From Pseudomonadales bacterium (GTDB lineage Bacteria; Pseudomonadota; Gammaproteobacteria; Pseudomonadales; UBA7239): a stretch of DNA of 64,000 nt. Location of the stretch: contig DAOMGE010000001.1 of NCBI GenBank assembly GCA_035430165.1, positions 121,804-185,803 of the forward strand, read 5' to 3'. Made by a program: the position numbers and the translations under genes. Shown one piece after another: positions 28,676 through 36,804 of this stretch. Position 1 is the stretch's first letter, and every line of letters starts with the position of its first letter. A model generated the notes under the pieces. That model was not told the DNA's origin and ran no database searches. It worked only from the letters and a program-made list of their open reading frames with translations.

Positions 28676-29230
28676 GTGACTGCCACTTCCAATGTACGCC
28701 CGCATGAAAACACTGCACCCGTGCTCGGTGAACGCGTCTATATCGATCCGGCAGCCGTGGTGATTGGCGATGTGCATCTCGGCGAAGACACGTCAGTGTG
28801 GCCATACACTGTCATACGCGGCGACATGCACCGCATCCGCATCGGTGCACGCTGCAGCATCCAGGACGGTTCTGTTTTGCATATTACGCACGCAGGACCT
28901 TACGATCCTGAAGGTTTCCCATTGACGCTGGGCGATGAAGTGACTGTCGGCCATCGCGCTGTGTTGCACGGCTGCACCATCGGCAACCGCGTGTTGATCG
29001 GGATTGGCGCGATTGTGATGGATGGTGCCGTAATTGAAGATGAAGTCATGCTCGCTGCCGGCAGCCTGGTGCCGCCTGGTAAAAAACTATCCAGCGGATT
29101 CCTGTATGTGGGCAGCCCGGCCAAACAGGCTCGCCCCCTGACCGAAAAAGAAAAATCATTTTTCACTTATGGCGCCAACAATTACAGCAAGCTCAAGGAA
29201 AAGCACCGGGCAGCAAATCAGCAGAAATAA
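28676..29230 (+). CDS. Gamma-class carbonic anhydrase-like / hexapeptide-repeat protein (YrdA/PaaY-like)
   Basis: GTG start at 28676 with AAGGAG 6 nt upstream. Left-handed beta-helix hexapeptide repeats are present (IGDVHLGEDTSVWPYTVIRGD...IGARCSIQDGSVLH). Confidence 0.85.
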   Translation: MTATSNVRPHENTAPVLGERVYIDPAAVVIGDVHLGEDTSVWPYTVIRGDMHRIRIGARCSIQDGSVLHITHAGPYDPEGFPLTLGDEVTVGHRAVLHGCTIGNRVLIGIGAIVMDGAVIEDEVMLAAGSLVPPGKKLSSGFLYVGSPAKQARPLTEKEKSFFTYGANNYSKLKEKHRAANQQK

Positions 29231-29256
29231 AAAAAGCCGCATGGCGGCTTTTTTTA
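29229..29256. terminator. Bidirectional rho-independent terminator
   Basis: AAAAAAGCCGC-atg-GCGGCTTTTTTT lies between the convergent gene ends at 29230 (+) and 29285 (-). Confidence 0.7.
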
Positions 29257-29284
29257 TGCTTGTGGAATGCCACAGACAAAATGG

Positions 29285-30988
29285 CTACTTGCCCATCACA
29301 TCGTCCGCAGCGATATAGCCGAAAGCCATCGCAGGGCCGATGGTGGAACCGGCGCCGGCGTAGGTCGGGCCCATCAGTGCCGCGGAGTTGTTGCCGATAA
29401 CATAGACACCCGGAATCACTTTGCCATCCTTGTCGAGTACGCGCGCTTTCTCGTCAGCATTGAGGCCGCCTTTTGTACCAAGTTCGCCGGCATGCACTTT
29501 CACCGCGTAGAACGGGCCTTCAATCGGCATCAGGCACGGGTTCGGGTAACCGGTCTGGTCATCACCGTAGAAACGGTCGTACTCGTTGCCACCCTTGTCG
29601 TACTCGAGATCCTTGCCGGTCTTCGCGTACTCGTTCATGTTCGCTACGGTGGTTTTCAGGTTCGCCACATTCACACCGGTTTTCTGTGCCAGTTGCTCCA
29701 GTGTGTCGGCCTTGAAAATATAGCTGTCCCACAACTCGGGCGGTACGCGTTTGTCCGGCATCATCTCGCCGGGAAACACCGGGCCGCACGGATATTTCTC
29801 GCGGTAATCCTTGCCGAAAATCATCCAGCTCGGCACTGCCTGTGTGCCCTCGCGCTCACGCTTGTACATATCCTGCACGACGGTGATATACGGTGCCGCC
29901 TCGTCGGTGTAGCGCTTGCCATTCATATCGACAAACGCACAACCCGGCAGTGATTTCTCGACGATCATCATGCGCGCCTGTTCTTCACCCGGCACGACTA
30001 CGGTCGGTCCCCACCAGGCGTCATCCATGAACTTCACGTCGGCACCGATCGCCATGCCGGCGCGGTGCGCGTCGCCCGTGTTGCCGGGTGAACCGGCCGT
30101 CCACGAGGTGTGGGTAGGATTCGGCAGGTACTGCTCACGCATCTGCTGGTTCTTCTCGAAACCACCAGCACCGAGGATCACACCTTTCTTGGCGCGGATG
30201 CGGAACGGCTGGCCATTTTTCTCGGCAATCACACCCACAACCCGGCCTTCTTCGACCACCAGTTCCTTCAAGCCGCAGTTCAGCCACAGCGGAATCCGGC
30301 GATCAAGCATGGATTTGCGCAGTGAACCGGCCACCGAGTTACCTAGCGTCAGGCGACGGCTGCGTTTCTTGAACTGGAGGCGATAACCAAAATCAAACAG
30401 CCACTGGAAAAACACCCTGGCAAAGACGCCCATCCAACCCGGCTCTTTCTTGAACACTGCACGGAATTCCATCGTTTCCATCGTGAAGATATTCCAGATC
30501 AGCGTCTGCGGGTGCTGGCCGCGCAGGTTTTCAAATTCCTTACCGAGTGCTGCCGCATTGAAGGCTTTCGGATCGTGGCTACGGCCACCCTCCATATAGC
30601 CCGGCGCGCCGGGGTAGTAATCCGGATACAGCTCCAGCGATTCAAAACGCATGGCGGTCTTTTCATGCAGCCACTTGATCATCTCCGGGGCTTTCTCAAC
30701 ATAGGCGCGGATGCGCGCGTCCGGCACCGTGTCACCGATCAGGTGCTTGAGGTAGCTGAAGCCTTTTTCAGCGCTGTCTTTCAGGCCTTTCGCTGCCATC
30801 AGATGGCTGTTTGGCACCCAGATCACGCCGCCGCTCATGGCTGTGTTGCCACCGTATTTGTCGGTTTTCTCGATCACCAACGTATCGCCGCCGTTATCGT
30901 GGGCGCGAATCGCTGCCACCATGGCGCCACCACCGGAGCCGACCACCAGCACGTCGACTGTGTGATCCCATTTGATTGCGTCTGCCAT
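29285..30988 (-). CDS. FAD-dependent oxidoreductase of the fumarate reductase/3-ketosteroid-delta1-dehydrogenase (KstD-like) family
   Basis: 567 aa. The N-terminal FAD motif DVLVVGSGGGAMVAA...EKTDKYGGNTAMSGG is present, and the C-terminal GVYVIGNNSA... is typical of the family. Confidence 0.75.
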   Translation of the reverse strand: MADAIKWDHTVDVLVVGSGGGAMVAAIRAHDNGGDTLVIEKTDKYGGNTAMSGGVIWVPNSHLMAAKGLKDSAEKGFSYLKHLIGDTVPDARIRAYVEKAPEMIKWLHEKTAMRFESLELYPDYYPGAPGYMEGGRSHDPKAFNAAALGKEFENLRGQHPQTLIWNIFTMETMEFRAVFKKEPGWMGVFARVFFQWLFDFGYRLQFKKRSRRLTLGNSVAGSLRKSMLDRRIPLWLNCGLKELVVEEGRVVGVIAEKNGQPFRIRAKKGVILGAGGFEKNQQMREQYLPNPTHTSWTAGSPGNTGDAHRAGMAIGADVKFMDDAWWGPTVVVPGEEQARMMIVEKSLPGCAFVDMNGKRYTDEAAPYITVVQDMYKREREGTQAVPSWMIFGKDYREKYPCGPVFPGEMMPDKRVPPELWDSYIFKADTLEQLAQKTGVNVANLKTTVANMNEYAKTGKDLEYDKGGNEYDRFYGDDQTGYPNPCLMPIEGPFYAVKVHAGELGTKGGLNADEKARVLDKDGKVIPGVYVIGNNSAALMGPTYAGAGSTIGPAMAFGYIAADDVMGK

Positions 30989-31114
30989 AGCTAACCTCCA
31001 TTGAATATCGATGACCGGAAACGGGCGCTAGTCTAGGGGATTTGGCCCCTTGCCTCCACTGCAACTATATTCCCGCCCGGTGTGGCCTAGCCCGGATTTA
31101 TCCGCTAGGCTGCT

Positions 31115-32161
31115 ATGACATTCGCCAACGCCTTGATAATCATCAACATGTCCACACACATTATGGGTGTTGCCGTACCCGCACCGAATACTGACAGGAA
31201 GCTGAAGACCGGATCGCAAAACCGCATCGGCGTGGACATCGAGTGGACCAACCGCTGCAACGCCACCTGCTCGTTCTGTCCGCGTGACAAGATGCCGGCG
31301 CAGGGCATGATGAAGTTCGATGTCTTCAAGCAAGTGTTGAAGCGCTGCAAGGAAATGCCGATCCTGCCGGTCGCCAAGGCCTGCGGCACGGGCGAGCCGC
31401 TGATCCACCCGCAATCGATTGAATACGTCCGCTATGCCACCGAGCAGGGTTTCGATTTCAACATCACCACCAACGCCTCGCTGCTGACACCGGAAAAGTC
31501 GAAAGCCTTGTTTGACGCCGGCCTGAGCCAGCTCAACCTCAGTGTCAGCGCCACCGGCCAGCTGTACAACCAGATCTACAATCTCGAATTCGATACTGTG
31601 CGGCGCAATATCGAAGCGGCCGTGCAACAGAATCCCGGCAGCTGCAAGATCATGCTGACCATCGTCGAATTTGAAGACAATCTCGGCCAGGTTGAGGAAC
31701 TGAAAGCGTACTGGCGCAATCTCGGCATCAAGCGCTTCAACATCAACAAAGTTCACAATCGCGGCGGCTATGCCGAGCAATATTGCCAGGATGCCTTTAA
31801 TACCGATTACGAAGCGGAAGCGCTGCAGATTCTCGCCGATAACCAGATGTCGCACCTGTGCATGGTGCCGTATATTTTTGTGATGATCGGCTGGGATGGA
31901 CAATACTATCTCTGCTGCCACGACTGGAAAAAACGCCACCCGATGGGCAGTGTGTTTGATTTATCCATCGAAGAAGTCGAATACCGCAAACTCGCCGCCA
32001 CGCGCGATCGCTCGCCGTGCAAGACCTGTGCGGCGGATCCGGTCAACCAGATACGCATGGCATTGATTGCTACCAGCAAGGATGGCGCACCGCCGGAATT
32101 ACTGCAGGAAACCATCGACAAGATCAAACCTGACCAGCAATTCATGCACAACTTTGACTGA
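31115..32161 (+). CDS. Radical SAM enzyme with a C-terminal SPASM-like Cys-rich domain
   Basis: Contains the CNATCSFC (CxxxCxxC) cluster motif and the GEPLIHP SAM-binding motif. C-terminal Cys residues (CMVP...YYLCCHDW...SPCKTCAAD) are also present. The start is uncertain (31115, 31148 or 31163). Confidence 0.8.
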   Translation: MTFANALIIINMSTHIMGVAVPAPNTDRKLKTGSQNRIGVDIEWTNRCNATCSFCPRDKMPAQGMMKFDVFKQVLKRCKEMPILPVAKACGTGEPLIHPQSIEYVRYATEQGFDFNITTNASLLTPEKSKALFDAGLSQLNLSVSATGQLYNQIYNLEFDTVRRNIEAAVQQNPGSCKIMLTIVEFEDNLGQVEELKAYWRNLGIKRFNINKVHNRGGYAEQYCQDAFNTDYEAEALQILADNQMSHLCMVPYIFVMIGWDGQYYLCCHDWKKRHPMGSVFDLSIEEVEYRKLAATRDRSPCKTCAADPVNQIRMALIATSKDGAPPELLQETIDKIKPDQQFMHNFD

Positions 32162-32239
32162 TTTTCCATCCGTCTGACAAAACACACTGATCCCAGAACA
32201 CACTGCTAGAATGCGCACCCGTTTTATTGCCAGCCAGTC

Positions 32240-34279
32240 ATGAGCACGCCATCCGGTCTGAATCCACGCCAACGCGAAGCCGTGCGGTATATCGACGGCC
32301 CCTTGCTCGTGCTCGCTGGCGCTGGCAGTGGCAAGACGCGCGTCATCACCGAAAAAATTTCCTACCTGATTCGCGAATGCGGCATGAAGGCACAGCACAT
32401 TGCCGCTGTCACATTTACCAATAAAGCCGCGCGTGAAATGAAAGAGCGTGTCGGCAAATTGCTAGGCAGTGAAGCACGCGGTTTGCAGGTTTCCACATTT
32501 CACTCACTCGGTCTCGATATTATTCGCCGCGAATTATCCGCGCTCGGTTACAAAAGCGGCTTCTCGATTTTTGACCAGCAGGATGCACAGACACTGATTC
32601 GCGAACTACTGCTGAAAAGCGGCGATGTCGATAGTGATTATATCGATCTCGCGCAAAGCAGTATTTCCAACTGGAAAAACGATTTGCAAACACCGGAGGC
32701 GTTGATCAGCCGCGCCAGCACGCCGGGCGAACTGAATCTCGCGGTTTTATACGAACGTTACCAGCGTTCATTGAAAGCCTATAACGCCGTGGATTTTGAT
32801 GACCTGATTTTGTTGCCGGTGCAATTGTTTGACTCACAGCCAGAGGTGCTGGCGCGTTGGCATAAACGCATTCGCTATTTGCTGGTTGATGAGTATCAGG
32901 ACACCAACTCCGGCCAGTACAAACTGGTGCAACAACTGGTCGGCAATCGCAGCGGATTAACGGTAGTCGGTGATGACGATCAATCGATTTATGCCTGGCG
33001 CGGCGCGCGACCGGAAAACCTGTCGCAACTGAAACATGATTTCCGCGAACTGAAACTGATCAAGCTGGAACAGAATTACCGTTCCTGCGGCCGCATCCTC
33101 AAAGCTGCCAACCAGTTGATCGCCAACAACCCGCACGAATTTGAAAAGCAGTTGTGGAGCGAGCTGGGTTTCGGCGATCCGATACGCGTGTTGCATTGCG
33201 CCAACGAAGAAGCAGAAGCCGAGCGCGTTGCCACAGAAATTCTGGCGCAGCGTTTGCAGCGCCGTGAATATTTCCGCGACTTTGCCGTGCTGTATCGCAG
33301 CAACCATCAGGCACGCCTGCTGGAAGTGCACCTGCAACAGTTACAGATCCCGTACAACATAACGGGTGGCACCTCGTTTTTTGCGCGCGCAGAAATCAAG
33401 GACATCATGGCGTATTTGCGTTTGCTGGTGAATCCGGAAGACGACAACGCTTTCCTGCGCATCATCAATGTGCCGCGCCGGAAGATAGGCCCCGGCACGC
33501 TGGAAAAACTCGGCTTGTATGCACAGAACCGCGACAACAGTCTGTTCAATGTGATTGGCGAAATCGGTATCGAATCCGTGATCACCGGCGAGTCGTTGCA
33601 GCACTTGCGGCATTTTGCGCACTGGCTGGAAAAAATCCGTAAACGCTGCGCATCCGAAAATCCGATAGAAGTCATCAATGAAATGATTGACGACATCGGT
33701 TACGAGGCCTGGCTGCACCAGAATGCCTCGAACGCGAACATTGCCGAGCGCCGCATGGAGAATGTTCGCTATCTGGTGGATACGCTCGGACGTTCATTGA
33801 AGATCAGCGAGGACGATGACACCGACAGCGCGCGTGACAACAATGATTATCTGGATGATGCCATCAAGAAACTGATCCTGCGCGATTTGCTCGAACGCAA
33901 CGAAGAAGAGGAAGACCTGGATCGCGTGCAATTATTAACACTGCACGCCGCCAAGGGTCTCGAATTCCCGCACGTATTTATTCTGGGCTGGGAAGAAGAA
34001 TTGCTGCCGCATCGCAACAGCATCGAGGGCAACCAGATTGAAGAAGAACGCCGCCTCGCCTACGTCGGCATCACGCGCGCGCAGCGAACCCTCACGCTGA
34101 CACTCGCACAGAAACGCAAACAGTACGGACAAGTGAGCGAACCCACGCCCAGCCGTTTCCTCGACGAATTACCAGCAGACGATTTGCAGCGCGAAGGCGG
34201 TGGTCATGCGCTGTCACCCGAGCAACAAGAAAAGAAAGCGCGCGACACTATGGCCAGTCTGAAAAGCCTGTTTGATTAA
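32240..34279 (+). CDS. rep: ATP-dependent DNA helicase Rep (UvrD/Rep SF1)
   Basis: 679 aa. Contains LNPRQREAV, AGAGSGKTRV, LLVDEYQDTN, QNYRS and LLTLHAAKGLEF. The length and lack of a UvrD-type C-terminal extension fit Rep. Confidence 0.92.
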   Translation: MSTPSGLNPRQREAVRYIDGPLLVLAGAGSGKTRVITEKISYLIRECGMKAQHIAAVTFTNKAAREMKERVGKLLGSEARGLQVSTFHSLGLDIIRRELSALGYKSGFSIFDQQDAQTLIRELLLKSGDVDSDYIDLAQSSISNWKNDLQTPEALISRASTPGELNLAVLYERYQRSLKAYNAVDFDDLILLPVQLFDSQPEVLARWHKRIRYLLVDEYQDTNSGQYKLVQQLVGNRSGLTVVGDDDQSIYAWRGARPENLSQLKHDFRELKLIKLEQNYRSCGRILKAANQLIANNPHEFEKQLWSELGFGDPIRVLHCANEEAEAERVATEILAQRLQRREYFRDFAVLYRSNHQARLLEVHLQQLQIPYNITGGTSFFARAEIKDIMAYLRLLVNPEDDNAFLRIINVPRRKIGPGTLEKLGLYAQNRDNSLFNVIGEIGIESVITGESLQHLRHFAHWLEKIRKRCASENPIEVINEMIDDIGYEAWLHQNASNANIAERRMENVRYLVDTLGRSLKISEDDDTDSARDNNDYLDDAIKKLILRDLLERNEEEEDLDRVQLLTLHAAKGLEFPHVFILGWEEELLPHRNSIEGNQIEEERRLAYVGITRAQRTLTLTLAQKRKQYGQVSEPTPSRFLDELPADDLQREGGGHALSPEQQEKKARDTMASLKSLFD

Positions 34280-34311
34280 CAGCGACATAAAGTTTTGGCA
34301 TAGTTATGACC

Positions 34312-36582
34312 TTATTGCGCATTAATCCGCTCGCCAATAGCTGAGCCACGGAAATTGCTATTCATCGGCAACAGCTTTTCGGTGTTGATCGCAGCATTCA
34401 ACGAATCGGCATCGATGTAATCTGGTATACCGTCATTATCATCATCAGGATCAGCGTTGTTGCCAATACCATCGTTGTCGGTATCGCCATACAGCCCAGG
34501 CACAACTTGTGGTGTGGTTTTTGACACCACAGTGTTATCGCCCAGTTGCCCATAGGTATTATTTCCCCAGCATTTGACACTGCCGGATGTTGTCAGGCTG
34601 CACGTATGGTCATAACCGGGAGCAATCACCATGCTGTCATTGCCGATGCCATTCACTGCTACGGGTACATTGCTGTTACTGGTAAGGCCATTGCCGAGCT
34701 GCCCGTTGTTGTTGTATCCCCAACACCTGGCACTACCGTCCGCCAGCACTGCGCAACTGTGGTAATAGCCGATGCCGAAACCGGTGACACCACTGGTGAG
34801 ACCGCTGACATCCACCGGCGTAGTGATTGTCACCGTCGCGGTGCCGTTACCGACTTCACCAGACCCGTTGTGGCCCCAACACTTCAAACCACCGGTTACC
34901 GTGCTTGCGCAAGAAGTGACATAGCCATTATCAATCGCCGCCACACCACTGCCCAGCCCTGACACATCGGTCGGCGACAACTGGCCAACCGTACCACCAT
35001 CACCGATTTCACCCCAGGCACCGTAGCCCCAGCATTTGACCGCGCCGCCCATCATCAGCGCACAGTGATGTGCACCACCAGCAGTAATCGCCAACACACC
35101 GGTCAAGCCCGGCACATCCACCGGTACGACACTCGGGGTTGATATCGCGCCCCAGCATTTCACCGTACCACCCGTCATCAAGGCACAGGTGTGGGATTCA
35201 CCCACCGCGACCGCAGCCACGCCGCTGTCGAGACCCACGACATCAACCGGCGCATTGCGATGGGTTTTTGTGCCATCGCCCAGCTGGCCATTGCCGTTAT
35301 TACCCCAACATTTCAGGCCGCCCGCCTCTGTCACTGCACAGGCACCCACAATGCCGACGCTGATCGATTGGACCCCGCTGGTCAGCCCGACTACATCCAC
35401 TGGCCGGTATTGCGGGCTGTTACCGCCATAACCCAGATCGCCGTAGTCGTTGTGCCCCCAACATTTGGCGCCACCTGCCGCAGTGAGGATGCAGGAAAAC
35501 TGGTAGCCCGCTGCCAATTGCACCACCTTGTCAGCACGAACCGGCAAGACATCACAGGCATCACCCTGCACATCGCCGTCGGTATTTTTCTGGTCCGGAT
35601 TGGGCAGCAGCGTGCAATTGTCCTGAGCATTCGCAACGCCATCTCCGTCGATATCCGGATCGCACGCATTGCCGGTGCCATCCCCATCACTGTCGAGCTG
35701 ATCCGGATTACTGGTAGCAGGGCAATTATCAAGTTGCAATCCGGAACCGGTCTGGCAAGCAACATCGCAGCCCGTTGTCCATCGGTCGGGAAAGCCATCC
35801 GCATCCGCATCCACGGAAGCGGCAGGGTTCAACGGCCAGCGATCATTGCCATCCGGTGCGCCATCATTGTCATCATCCGAATCACAGGCATTGCCTTGTG
35901 CATCACCATCTGTATTGAGTTGATCGGCATTTGAATTCAATGGACAGTTATCTGCGCCGTCCAGCACACCGTCATTGTCACTGTCCGGGTCACACACATC
36001 ACCCAGCCCGTCCTGATCGACGTCAAGCTGATCGGCATTGGGCACCGCTGGGCAGTTATCCGTCACGGTTGTAATGCTCACATCGTCGATATAAGGCTGA
36101 CCGAAGCTGGTCGGCGAGGATATGGTCCACTTGAAAACATGCGCACCCGCGCTGACCAGAAAACTGGATTGCGTATAGGAATACTTGTTTGCCCCAAAAT
36201 AGCCTACCTGAACATTATCGACATAGAACGGTACAGTAGTACCGGAGTTACTAGAGGATTTGGCCCAGAAACTGATCCTGGATGCCTGGGGCAACGTATA
36301 AGCTAATGTCATTACCGGAGGAAACCGGCACTGAATTATGCCCATGGTACAAGCAGTGGCCACATAAGAAGGGGTGCGGGCGGCTGCATCGTTCACTCTG
36401 CTCCATTGGCCAAAAGACCAGCCGGCATCTGCCGTATCAAAAGAAGTTGAATAAATTGTTACACCACCTACGTCATCAATACCGTCACCATCGGTATCAA
36501 CCGCCCAGACAGAAGCACTGAGCAAGCAGCACAAGCCCATCATGCAACGTAAGAAAATAACCGGAACGTCAATTTTTTTCAT
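34312..36582 (-). CDS. Secreted protein: N-terminal beta-sandwich-like domain, TSP type 3 Ca-binding repeats, seven RCC1-type repeats, C-terminal TSP3 repeats and a conserved tail
   Basis: Start at MKKIDVPVIFLRCMMGLCCLLSASVWA (signal peptide). It has repeated DxDxDGxGDxCDxDxDNDG units and seven copies of the G(G/S)xKCWGxNxxGQLG pattern. The tail is ...DNDGIPDYIDADSLNAAIN. Confidence 0.8.
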   Translation of the reverse strand: MKKIDVPVIFLRCMMGLCCLLSASVWAVDTDGDGIDDVGGVTIYSTSFDTADAGWSFGQWSRVNDAAARTPSYVATACTMGIIQCRFPPVMTLAYTLPQASRISFWAKSSSNSGTTVPFYVDNVQVGYFGANKYSYTQSSFLVSAGAHVFKWTISSPTSFGQPYIDDVSITTVTDNCPAVPNADQLDVDQDGLGDVCDPDSDNDGVLDGADNCPLNSNADQLNTDGDAQGNACDSDDDNDGAPDGNDRWPLNPAASVDADADGFPDRWTTGCDVACQTGSGLQLDNCPATSNPDQLDSDGDGTGNACDPDIDGDGVANAQDNCTLLPNPDQKNTDGDVQGDACDVLPVRADKVVQLAAGYQFSCILTAAGGAKCWGHNDYGDLGYGGNSPQYRPVDVVGLTSGVQSISVGIVGACAVTEAGGLKCWGNNGNGQLGDGTKTHRNAPVDVVGLDSGVAAVAVGESHTCALMTGGTVKCWGAISTPSVVPVDVPGLTGVLAITAGGAHHCALMMGGAVKCWGYGAWGEIGDGGTVGQLSPTDVSGLGSGVAAIDNGYVTSCASTVTGGLKCWGHNGSGEVGNGTATVTITTPVDVSGLTSGVTGFGIGYYHSCAVLADGSARCWGYNNNGQLGNGLTSNSNVPVAVNGIGNDSMVIAPGYDHTCSLTTSGSVKCWGNNTYGQLGDNTVVSKTTPQVVPGLYGDTDNDGIGNNADPDDDNDGIPDYIDADSLNAAINTEKLLPMNSNFRGSAIGERINAQ

Positions 36583-36730
36583 TGTGAACCCCTTGGATAA
36601 CAATCCTGTTGTCTGCGGGGAGAAAGCATGGCGCTACAGCCGGACGCCGCCGAACGAAGCTGCCAAACTCCTTGCCGTGTCAGGCTATCATCAATCCGGT
36701 GACTCGGGATAGTCTTCCGAAATGGCGAAA

Positions 36731-36804
36731 AAGGAAAAAGGTGCCGGAGGGATTATTTTTTGAGCAACTGATCATTTTTAAATCCCTCCGGCACCTTTTT
36801 CCTT
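36731..36804. repeat. Perfect 24-bp inverted repeat with a 26-nt AT-rich loop, abutting the stop of the 1382-aa gene (probable strong terminator or structured element)
   Basis: AAGGAAAAAGGTGCCGGAGGGATT (36731-36754) is the exact reverse complement of AATCCCTCCGGCACCTTTTTCCTT (36781-36804). On the minus strand a T-rich run follows the second arm. Confidence 0.85.

Noticed and set aside
26544-28805. Several ORF-track starts give long N-terminal extensions: prlC at 28805, coxB at 26148, the Sco-like gene at 20663, ybjQ at 48232, the TPR-GT41 gene at 59595, the SDR at 53038, PaaI at 60221, the 2OG oxygenase at 60750, RimK-like at 8576 and rhlE at 48176.
   Set aside because: The extensions overlap neighbouring genes or divergent promoters and look non-native in composition. 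Internal ATG or GTG codons give canonical family N-termini, better RBS spacing, and 4- or 8-nt coupling overlaps. I report the shorter coordinates.
30989-31114. I looked for a RiPP precursor ORF upstream of the radical SAM/SPASM gene.
   Set aside because: The only ATG-initiated ORF there (31011) encodes 6 residues before a stop. There is no plausible leader-core peptide.
34560-36000. The DNA in the TSP3, RCC1 and FG-GAP regions (also 41140-42800) looks strongly periodic, which could suggest a repeat array or CRISPR.
   Set aside because: The periodicity matches in-frame protein repeats (DxDxDG, KCWG and FG-GAP units). The units are divergent and there is no repeat-spacer structure. This is not a CRISPR array or a non-coding satellite.
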